Positions 1 to 12,000 of a stretch of DNA of 64,000 nucleotides are shown here, in pieces. The notes under the pieces were generated by a model. That model was not told the origin of the DNA, searched no databases, and saw only the letters and a list, made by a program, of their open reading frames with translations. The stretch comes from Tubulanus polymorphus. Lineage: Eukaryota; Animalia; Nemertea. The stretch is from positions 24,546,950-24,610,949 of the forward strand of contig NC_134029.1 in the NCBI RefSeq assembly GCF_964204645.1, written 5' to 3'. How positions within the stretch are numbered: position 1 is the first letter of the stretch; the number at the start of each line of letters is the position of its first letter. The position numbers and the translations under genes are program-made.

Positions 1-3000
1 TTATTCCTGAAATAGAAATTATCGCTTATAAAGCATGCCCCCTGGTGGTAGTTCGGCACACTACGAGGGAAGATGACGAACCTGACGATGATAAGAGTCG
101 TTCTTGACGATGGATCTTTCGGTTGAAATCCGATTTTAACGTTTAATTTACTTCCAGGATCGAGCATCGCCGAAATACTGTTGTGATGTGGTTTTACTCC
201 GAGAGTATTCTCGATCAGTTTCTGATATCCGATCACCGGTTTATTCTTCTGAAATAACGAGACCCGCAAAATATCATAGTATCGCCCTCTACTGGTCGCA
301 GTAAACACTGATCTTTATATCGCCCCCTACTGGTGGCAGTTAACACTACTTACCTGATCATACATTTCAGATCCTTGTAAAGTAAATATTTCATCATCTT
401 CAGTTTCGATAAAATCTGTTGTATCTTTCGGTAACCTTAAAAAAAGAATATAAGTTTAAAACTTGCCACGAGATTTCAGGTTTAAAACTTCAGCGTTGAG
501 TAACTTACTTCAATTGTGTCATATCTAGAATAGTATGAGGACTTGGATAACTGGATAGTGGTAATACTTGTATCAGAACGGGAATATCACCAGGATTCTC
601 TATTACAAACTCTGATACCTAAAAAATAAACAAGCATCTACATAATTAAAATACTTAGTTTAAGAGGATTCTTCAGTTATAATTTTGAATAAATTCTATT
701 TCAAAACGATAGTGGGTTTTATATATGACATTAGAAATGTCGAAATTAAAGTGATCTATTCTAGACCCATGCCTGCCTGCCCCCTAGTGGATGCCTCTCG
801 CCTGCCCCCTAGTGGATACCTCTCGTACCCTCCTAGTTGATTCCTCTCGCCCACCCCCTAGTGGATTCCTCTCGTACTCCCCTAGTGGATTCCTCTCACA
901 CTCCCCAAGTGGATTCCTCTCACACTCCCCAAGTGGATTCATCTCACATTTCAAATCTACCACTTACCGATGTATTTCCTATCTGTGTGAGTGGAAACTT
1001 AAGTCGAGATGTTTTTCTAATAAGTGGCGGCCAGTGTAAATGCGCGTGGGCCGGAAATAAAAAACCTCGCACTTGATTTGTATCTAGTTGTATCGTAACG
1101 TTTATTCTGAAATAACAAACAACCAAATAATTCTATAACATTTCTTCTTTTTCGATTAAATTTTGGATCTGATTTGAATACAGTCAAACCCGCTTAATCC
1201 GATCGGCTAAATCCGGACCAGCTTAATCCAAAACTGCTTAATCGGGATTGGCTTAATCGGGATTGGCTTAATCCGGATTGCCTTAATCCGATCGGCTTAA
1301 TTCAGATTTTGGTCTAATCCGGACAATATTTCCGGTCCATTCGATCATTAATATTCAGGAAGATAATTTTCAATCAGGATTTCCGAAAAACCGCATGAAT
1401 TTTGTCGCATACAAAATGATCAGAATTAAGCGGATTCAACTGTATTATGTTCTGTAGCGCGGTCTGCGGAAATCGCGAACCCGGTCTGGATTAGATAGGA
1501 GGGGAGGGGGGTGAAAACCTGTAAACCAATACAGTTTTATTGAGCATCTGTTTCCCACCAGAAATAAAACATGCATTTACAATCAAACTCGTCGCTTCAG
1601 TCATCACTATTTCTTAATCCCAATTTGTGTTTGAAATTCACTTGACTAAATGAAAGTCACCATTTGGATAAGAGTCGAGACATTACTGAAATTATTTCCA
1701 AGTCTCAATTCGTATTTGTAATTCCATAAATTATCAGTTTGATGAGTGATGAATGTAATAATGATTGTCTTAAATCTGATGACTTAAAGCAGCGAGTTTA
1801 ACTGTATCTATATACAGCATATATCATCATCATCATCATCACCAGAAACTCTTACCCTAAATAATACTCAGAATCAGTTCTGCAAAAAATACGCTCATTT
1901 TTACTCTAAAATCATTTCAATTATGTTCACATAAATTCGAGCGATTCAGACTCAGTCACAGCGTGTAGTTGTGAAGTGAAGTGAATTGTAACTTACGTAG
2001 ATTTTTCCCTAGCTCCGAGCACCTGCCATTTCTGTTGAAATCTCGTATACCAATACTGATCTGTGTCGGCTACATCTTTATCTAACGTTAATCCTAATAA
2101 CCATTGATGTCCACCTGTCAATCAAAATACATTTCATTCACATCCATTCAATTACAGGTTGTACTTTACTATTCCCTTACTATGAATGTCACAGGAATGA
2201 CTACATATTATTTCGTTTTCAACACAAATAGCAGTTTCATTGCAAATAAACTAGAAACAAATCTGATTTGGAGTATAATTTTGATGTTTTTAGAGTAATT
2301 GAACAGTTTAGAAAGTAGTAACTAGTAATAAAGCTTGAAAATCGTTAAGATAAAATTAATATTGAGATATTAAAGTGGATATAAAATTATAATTGAAATT
2401 AATTAAAAGGTAAGTATTAAGGTGACGTATAAAAGCACTGTTTAAAGTGGTACGAAGGTAATACTCACCTGGTGTATAAGTAGGTAAACCCACATAACAT
2501 TCATCATGACATTCTCTACGAGCATCAAAATATATTTCTCCTATCTGTAAATAGAAATATTCAGTTTCTCAGTTTAACTGTGAAAACACAGATCTAACCA
2601 TCATTAAAAATAATTGTGTGAAATATAGATGTACTTACGACTGTATCTTGCTGCGGTTCTAGATAGACAGGTACGCGCTCTGGTGGCCGATAGTAAAATC
2701 GAGTATCGTTCGGTTGGAAAGTTAATTCTCGAACTTCCATCAGATTCTCAAACGAACTATGAATTCGTAGAACCTTATGCGCTATTTTTCCCTGGAAAAA
2801 AATAAAATTAATTAAAGGTTTTTTTTCGAAAACTTTGTTGAGTTGACAAGTTAAAACCAGTGGTCTAACCCTACTTCACGCATTCATTCTGAAATAAGGC
2901 CGATATCTACGGGTTTGGTTTCAATGCATTCCCTATCAAGTTGATACGTGGAATTTATGTCTTAATTCACGGAGGGCAGGATGAGGGGAGGCGAAAAATG

Positions 3001-6000
3001 TCCTTCACAAACAAGACAACGTCCATGTGAACAGGACAAAACATGCCTGTCAAAAAACAGAGTGGCCACTTTTATTTGACTTGTTCCCTGAAGATTACCT
3101 GACATGTACATAGTTTTCCCAGACTCAATCTGCTAAGAATCTAATCAATTAACAGTAAAATACGTAAAATATAAAAGGAAACTGTTTGATTTTACGGGCA
3201 ATCTAGCTGTCTCAACATATTCCCCATTTTCAGCATTTTTCCAAAATTCCCCGACAATCCGCTGATATCCAGGTAAGTGGCGCCACCCTGAACAATGTCG
3301 GTACAAATGAAGACGGATACTCACAGGGTAAACATTATCGAATACGATGATTTCTGGGTTTGCGTTTAAACTTCCTTCAGCCGTTCGTAGAGTCATTGGA
3401 ATGTAAACGTTTTCATATTGTGTAACGATGATGATTTCAGCTACGAATGTGCCTTCCCAGTCGGGAGCCATTAGATTTACACTAAATACAGCGTAATGAA
3501 ACGGCTTTATTATCAGCTGAAACATAAAACGCACAAACGTATAACAACCCAACCTTACTCATATATTCACTCATTTTCACTGCTATTAATAAAACTTACA
3601 GGATTGATATCTATTTCTGATTTATTATGTAATTGTGTTAGCGTAGTTCCATTTCCTTTCTCTACTCCTAACAGTTCCACTAAAGTATTCTCCATATTCG
3701 CTCCAAATTCTGATATCACAATCTACAAGTAATCGTTTCAATTAAAGGTTTACAAAGCTGCCAACCTCTGAGAAGTACTCTGATCAGCAAAGAATTGATA
3801 TTTTTTCAGTAACATTTCATTGAAATATGAATGAAAATGTTCAAATCAATCGGTAATCAACAGTAAGACCCTCAGTATTATCTTTCATATTTCTGTATAC
3901 ATCAAACAATTCTAATCAGTATTTCTCTTCATAAAAGAAACAAATACTGAAAATCAGGAACCGTTGGCAACTGGTCGATTTATCACAAAGTTTGAATAGT
4001 TAAATTCACTGTTTGGGTTCCCGGCAGGTACGGTGGGACCCCTCCCCGCCCCCCGGAGTATGATTTACTGTTTGGGTTCCCGGCAGGTACGGTGGGACCT
4101 CCCCCCTCCCCCCGGAGTATGATTTACTGTTTGGGTTCCCGGCAGGTACGGTGGGACCTCCCCCCTCCCCCCTCCCCGCCCCCCGGAGTATGATTTACTG
4201 TTTGGGTTCCCGGCAGGTACGGTGGGACCTCCCCCCTCCCCCCGGAGTGTGATTTACTGTTTGGGTTCCCGGCAGGTACGGTGGGACCTCCCCCCTCCCC
4301 CCGGAGTGTGATTTACTGTTTGGGTTCCCGGCAGGTACGGTGGGACCTCCCCCCTCCCCCCGGAGTATGATTTACTGTTTGGGTTCCCGGCAGGTACGGT
4401 GGGACCCCTCCCCCTCCCCCCGGAGTATGATTTACTGTTTGGGTTCCCGGCAGGTACGGTGGGACCCCCCCTCCCCTCCCCCCGGAGTATGATTTACTGT
4501 TTGGGTTCCCGGCAGGTACGGTGGGACCCCCCCCCCCTCCCCCTCCCCCCGGAGTATGATTTACTGTTTGGGTTCCCGGCAGGTACGGTGGGACCCCTCC
4601 CCCTCCCCCCGGAGTATGATTTACTGTTTGGGTTCCCGGCAGGTACGGTGGGACCCCTCCCCCCTCCCCCCGGAGTATGATTCACTGTTTGGGTTCCCGG
4701 CAGGTACGGTGGGACCCCTCCCCGCCCCCCGGAGTATGATTTACTGTTTGGGTTCCCGGCAGGTACGGTGGGACCCCTCCCCCTCCCCTCCCCCCGGAGT
4801 GTGATTTATACTTACATCAACCGGGTTATCATTGCGTAAAGTAAACGTCATACTTCGTTTCTCTTCGACTCCCATCGTCCCGAAATCTAACTGACCTTTA
4901 TAGATTTCCGGACGATGATGAACGACTTTTAACTGTCCGTTATAAACGAATATCGGGATATGAAATACGGAGGCGTTCGTCGATAAACGTAACATGAACG
5001 TAAAATGGAGATCTGTAACGTTAGGTTTAAATGTCACCCATAACGACGAATTCGTCTCTCGTGATTTAATTATCATCGGACGCGAGAAATTCATTATCTG
5101 TTACAAAAAAAAAAGAAAATATATTTAAAAACACGATCAAATTATATACAGTGGATATCATTTCTCAAAATGTTTGCAATTATTCAACTTTACTTCATGT
5201 GAGGACGACCCATCCCTGCACCCTGCTGGAATCCATTTGTTGCCTTGTAGAGAAAAATAACTGGCTCTGTGTGATCCAGGGTAAGCCCCCCCCCCCCCGA
5301 TCTACTGTAGATCAAAGGTAAGTAAGCAGTCTGTGTGATCCAGGGTAAGCCCCCCCCCCCCCCCCCCCGATCTACTGTAGATCGAAGGTAAGTATGCAGT
5401 CTACTCTATCATAGTAATGATAAATTGGTTATAAGAACTTGTGAGGAAAATTGTTTGCGTGATTGTGTATATCAATGAGTAGTACTGCAATTAGTCTATA
5501 GATGGCAGCACTATGTACAGGTGGACTGGACACCTTGAATATCACTGGTCACCTGACCTAGAACTGGTTCTGTGGGTGGCTTTTGTCACTGGTCAGCTGA
5601 CCTAGGGTTAGGGTTAAGTGCCAGTCATTGGGATCTGTGATGTCACTGGTCAGCTGACCTAGGGTTAGGGTTAAGTGCCAGTCATTGGGATCTGTGATGT
5701 CACTGGTCACCTGACCTAGGGTTAGGGTTATATGCCAGTCATTGGGACCTGTGATGTCACTGGTCACCTGACCTAGGGTTAGGGTTATATGCCAGTCATT
5801 GGGACCTGTGATGTCACTGGTCACCTGACCTAGGGTTAGGGTTATATGCCAGTCATTGGGACCTGTCACTGGTCACCTGACCTAGGGTAGGGATATATGC
5901 CAGTCATTGGGATCTGTGGTGTCTAGGGTTATCATTGGCTGACCTGGGGCTAGTGTCAAGGCTGTCAAACTATAAACAGGAAATAGATCCAGGGAGAAAA

Positions 6001-9000
6001 CAATTACTGATGAAAGGAAGATATTTTTCAGGTCCCGTATTTAATTGATTAATGAGGATTCATATGTGATTAGTGTTGAGTTTGTTGAGACAATGAGAGG
6101 AATATATAAACAGTGACAGTAGTGAGAAAGAGCCGACCTATCTCATATAAACTTAAGAAGTGAGATATTTCAACCCTAATTTAAAAATACTTAGCTGATA
6201 ACAGAAAGAAGACTGCGTGCTTACTACAGAACAGATTTCCCCAGATTTTTCATGCGATAAAATGTCAGAAATTTTCCTACTCGATTATCATAAATTTTTT
6301 GGTGATAAAAACTTACAGAAAAATAATTGCTGACGTCTGGCGGTAACGTGATATTATAAACAACCAGTGAGAAATTGAATGTATTCGTTAGCGGGATACA
6401 ACGAGTTACATTCGTTAAAGTTTTACCGGAATAAAACTTGGTATTATTCGAATCATAAACAAGAGACCTGGAAATATATACAATAATTACAATCATTAGT
6501 TTGAGATGAGGACGGAATGGGGAGTGGGAGGGGGAGAGAGGGGGGGATTCTTACCCGTGTAAAACTGTAGCTCTAAATGGAACGATTAATTTTGCCTCTT
6601 CATTTTTAGTCTTGATGATTATATCTCCTCTCCATTGGTGCGCGTGCAAAGCTTTGGCAGCTGAAATAAATCGAACAAATATTCCACTGAAAACTGACAG
6701 AAATTCATCATTTATTATTTGTGGATATTTCGTACTGATTCCCGGACGAGATGTCGCTCATTTATCAACATGAACTTCATAACGAGCATTCGTTGTATGC
6801 AACCCTGGATTATAGAATATTTTACCAAATGACGTAAGATTGCCTGACAGCATTGACTAATTCAAAATAAATCTACGAACACGGCTGTTTTGCAAGTAGC
6901 GTCTGAGCATGGCCAAAAGCATGGCCATAACATGGAAGGATGCTTCACATTTCTATATCACAGTTAGCATTAGATGTGAGGGCTAGGATTAAGCTGAAAT
7001 TCTGTCAGTTTGAGCAGAGATTCTCTCTGTTTGAGCTGAGATTCTCTCTGTTTGAGCCGAGATTCTCTCTGTTTGAGCCGAGATTCTCTAGGTTTGAGTC
7101 GAGATTCTCTCTCTGAGCTGAGATTCTCTCTGTTTGAGCTGAGATTCTCTCTGTTTGAGCTGAGATTCTCTAGGTTTGAGCCGAGATTCTCTCTGTTTGA
7201 GCTGAGATTCTCTAGGTTTGAGCCGAGATTCTCTCTGTTTGAGCTGAGATTCTCTCTGTTTGAGCCGAGATTCTCTCTGTTTGAGCCGAGATTCTCTCTG
7301 AGCTGAGATTCTCTCTGAGCTGAGATTCTCTCTGTTTGAGCTGAGATTCTCAGTTTGAGCAGAGATTCTCTCAATTTATACCTGTTAATGTAACTAGTGC
7401 TACTGGTGTACGCCGTAAAACGCCTGGTAATAACTTCACCGGTCTAAAATCCACTGTAACAGCTGGGTTACTCTCATTTACTGATACACTCTACAATTAG
7501 AATTACGTAAAATTATAATACATTTTCACTAATCCGGTGTTTATAGATAATCGTGATCAAACGAGTCTATGTTGAAACGATAATCAGGACGGCCATTTTC
7601 CGCCCATTTACAAAATTCCCTGAGTTTTCACAGATTTTTTTTCTAGATTTATCTGATTCCCCGAGTTTTCCAGGTTTCCAAGGTCAGTGGCCACCGTGAT
7701 AATTATCCCACACAATACAGAAATGATAAACCGAGTTTAAACGTCGAAATGTTTCCTAAACTTACCGTTATATGAATCGGTTTCGTGCCGGAATTGATGA
7801 GATTTAATCGTAACGCTTTCGGTCCGTCCAACGTACGTAGAATATCAAAATCTAACACATCTACCGGTGAATATATACCTGGAACTAAATACAACAAATA
7901 ACTATACACTTACTGCAGCAGACAGGGAGGGAGGGGGGTTGTTACACGGGGTTCTATGATTGAGACTTCAGAGAATCCCTAGGGTTAGGGTTCAAAGTTC
8001 AACAGTTTTCAGATAAGTTTGAATCTTAGTTAATCGCTGCCAGCTATGAATATATACTTGTACCTCCGGTTCTGTCACCAGTGACACTACAAATATATAT
8101 ATTCATACCTGACTTATTTACAGTTAGATATTTGCTCTCAGCCACACGGGAATGACACAGTTCCTGATTGGCTGAACAAATTCAGCATCATTCTCATTGG
8201 TCATTTCAAGCAAAGGCTGACTATGAAACAACTCCACTGCCAATGTACGAATATATTTGTAGTGACAATTGGGGGCGCCACCACCCAATCAAGCTGGCGG
8301 TGAATGTGTAAATCGTGATGAGGGTGGATTGTGGAACCGGTATATTACCTGATGATACTTCCACTTCGACAGGTAGAACAAGTGTTTCTGTCGGATCGTC
8401 AGTTTTATTAGTTTTTATACGTATGAACGCTGTATGATTATTCGCATTCCTTCCGACGAAACTTGCTTTCATCACAGTTTTAGTTTCATACGGAGGAATC
8501 TCCTAAAAAACAACAATACACGTGACGTGTCTGAGGCTTGATGAAGAAAACGGCGTCTGGCTCAAATCTCAAACTTACCCATAACTTTTTAGGAGCTTCT
8601 TTTTCACCCGAAGGTAATTCTAAATGTAGGTCACCTCCACTAGAGTACATTTCAACCACCTACGCACAAACACAGGATTATATAATGAGAATTCTTAATC
8701 TAAATGTGACATGGATGAACTCAGAAACAAGACCTCAAATCAGCGAATTTTACAATGAATATACCTCAAATTGAGGGGAGAATATCCCTCAAATTGAGGG
8801 GAGAATATACCTCAAATTAAGGGGAGAATATACCTCAAATTGAGGGGAGAATATACCTCAAATTAAAGGGAGAATATACCTCAAATTGAGGGGAGAATAT
8901 ACCTGACAATGAGGGGAGAATGATTTGTAACTGGGTATCCTGTGAGGTCAGTAGGTTTATTATTATTTACCTGTAACGAGGTTCCATGTGGATTGTGCAT

Positions 9001-12000
9001 GTTTATTAGTGGCGAGAAACTACTATTTAATGGAACTTTAGCTCCTAAAAACGGCTGTAACCGGTATGGGTTCGGAGTACCGATACCAAACACCTGCAAA
9101 ATACAAATAAACAAACACTATCAGTATCACTCTATTCAACACCTTCAATTCACATTAGCGGCGGCCAGTTACGCAGTCATGGTTTATATTCAAACCCAGT
9201 CTAAGATGATTAAAATCAAATTAACAATTTAAGATCAGTTTTAAGATTAAAAATCACTTTAGGATTGCGCTATCGGGGCCAGAACCAGAAATAAGTCTTT
9301 GAAACGGTTTATCGAAATAAAAATCAAACATTTGGGATGACTAGTTCAATAATTTTCAGATATGGCTCCCTAAACATCGAGTTTAAATTTCATTAAAAAT
9401 GAACTGATTTTCACAATGAATAACCCAGTGTTTTGTAGCGCCATCTGGCGGTGCGTGCCGGTACTGAATTGCAGTAAAGCGACTATTTTACCTGATATCT
9501 AAAAGTGCCTTGTGATGTATGAATATACAATGTATTTTCTACATTGCCGACTTGACGCGCTAGAAATACCACATCAAACGATGTATTAGCACCTGGTGGT
9601 ACGATCTACAATTAAAACACAAACAAACACTTTCATTATTATAACGCTTTCAAATAATTCTGCTGATTCAAAATTTATAACGGAAACATTTTCTTTTTTT
9701 TTACAATAAACATCATCTCGAGTAGATTATCAATACATATATAACATGCCTGGGAACCATGAATGAGTTCTCAGTAATTCTATTATCTTTATATTAGTTC
9801 ATGGAAACGACGTGTTGAATAAAGAGAGATAGGGGGGAAATAATAGTAATTTATTAAAACTTCCTGGTTCGTTTAAATACAGTGTGTGCAGCACGCGGTG
9901 CTACGGGTAAACTGTATCGGATAACGCGGTGCTACGGGTAAACTGTATCGGATAATCTATTGAAATCACTTCCTAAATGTTTTGAATACATGAATATCAT
10001 AAATTATCATCATCTGTGTTTTTTAAAATGAATTTAATGCACGTGAATTTCACACTATTCGTCTCTATCAAACACCAGTCACGTACGGATCAAAATTTAC
10101 ACCATGTTTTTTTTTTTTATTTGCGAGTGTGTGATAGATCAGAGATCAACGTGTCATCTGCGGAGACTGCACTTAGTAAATTGAATTGGAAAAACAAAAT
10201 TGACACTAAAAATAGCGGAGACTTCAGTAATGTGATGATTTAACCCCTTAAACTACGAACGTCGTAGAATTGTGGCGAGCCGGAGTCGCGGAATCCGGGT
10301 CAAATAATTAAAACAATTTAAATTAAAACAAAAGCGCTTTCTTTTGATCGGGCCTTATTTATTACAACTCCGAGATGAAAATAACTAGAAATACTATTTC
10401 TTAATTCCGACTACCATCGGAATGAGCCATGACCTGGCGCCACCATCCGGTCAACCACGCGAACTGGTGAACGTTACGCCATATTTCATAGAAAATCAGA
10501 ACTAAGTTTGTCTCATGTGCGTACATAGACTTAAATATTTAGTACATTGAATTGGAAATACAAATTTGGGATTCGAAAATAGGGATGACTTCAGTAAAGT
10601 GAGACGACTCATCCAAATGTTTGATGATATGTATCAATGATTTTAAGGGGCATCGCGAGTAACGTTTCAATCCATACCTTATCTTGGAAGAATGAACAGT
10701 GAAAATGCACCGTGCTTCCCGATATTGACAATAGGTGGAGACTGTTCTCTGTATCTGTATTTATTAATAGAACCTGCTCCATTTTAGGCATTCCGACCGC
10801 CCTGAAACAAAATCAAGACTCTAAGAGATATCCGAGATAGACTTATATTCGCTATATCGAATCTATCTTAAAGATTGAAATAAAATTCTGATAAATCAAT
10901 TTAGGAAGCAATACTCACTGTTGATGGAAGTCTAGTAAAGGTGGTTGAAATTTTATAGGATTTGACAGTGAATTTCCATCATACTGGTTACTGAAAAATA
11001 TCATTAACAAGAAAATTAACTTGAAAGTTTATTGAAGCCTTGAAAAATAACGTATATTACTTAATATCGTCGACTATGGATAATGTATTATAGATTATAA
11101 GGATCAATAATTCGAATATATCGATATTTGAATGGAATTGATATACTGATGACGTAGTGCACATACTCTCAAAAACAATCATCAAAATTTATCAAAATCA
11201 AAATAACACTAATCAAATATATCTAGTTAGAAAAAAAAACCGCCAAAATTCACAATTGTAATAGTTATTTTGAGACATCAGTATTGATGACTTAATGCAC
11301 ATTAAATAATACATCAATGTATATATGATAAACATTACTGTAACGGTTTTTACAGGTTTTTACAGGCGTCAAAATTGAGACAAGACGATGAACAGGAACC
11401 AGACACACAGCCACGTGTTAGAACCTTACTACATTATCACCTTTATAGAGTAATGTATAATCAATTGATATCTATTCGCGATAGGAAACAGAGAGAGAGA
11501 GAGAGAGATGGGAGGGAGTAGGGTGGAGACTGGTAGAGCTATTAGTGGACATCTATATAAACTACTGACATAACAGTCTTAACAATCAGTATCAAACTAT
11601 CAGTGTAACACATCACATCACATCATAGCTGTGAGGGGGAGAATCTACCTCTCAATGAGGGGAGAATAAACCTCAAACTGAGGGGAGAATATACCTCAAA
11701 CTGAGGGTAGAATATACCTCACAATGAGGGGAGAATATACCTCAAACTGAGGGGAGAATATACCTCACAATGAGGGGAGAATATACCTCACAATGAGGGG
11801 AGAATATACCTCATACTGAGGGGAGAATCACACAGCTCTTGAGGAGACAGCGAACTAGCTGGAGGCGAATTCCAACATTGCTCCAATCATGGAATTAAAA
11901 CGTCCATGCTCAAATACAGTCACTCTTGACATTGACTGTAAAATCATGATTACGATATGTATAAGTGTATATGATACTGATAATGATTTATTTTTAATGT

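Noticed and set aside
4399-4804. Pro-rich repeated ORFs, and similar ORFs at 5558, 6970, 7052, 12302, 14235 and 15008
   Set aside because: They are translations of intronic minisatellites within TMEM131, with no splice or homology support.
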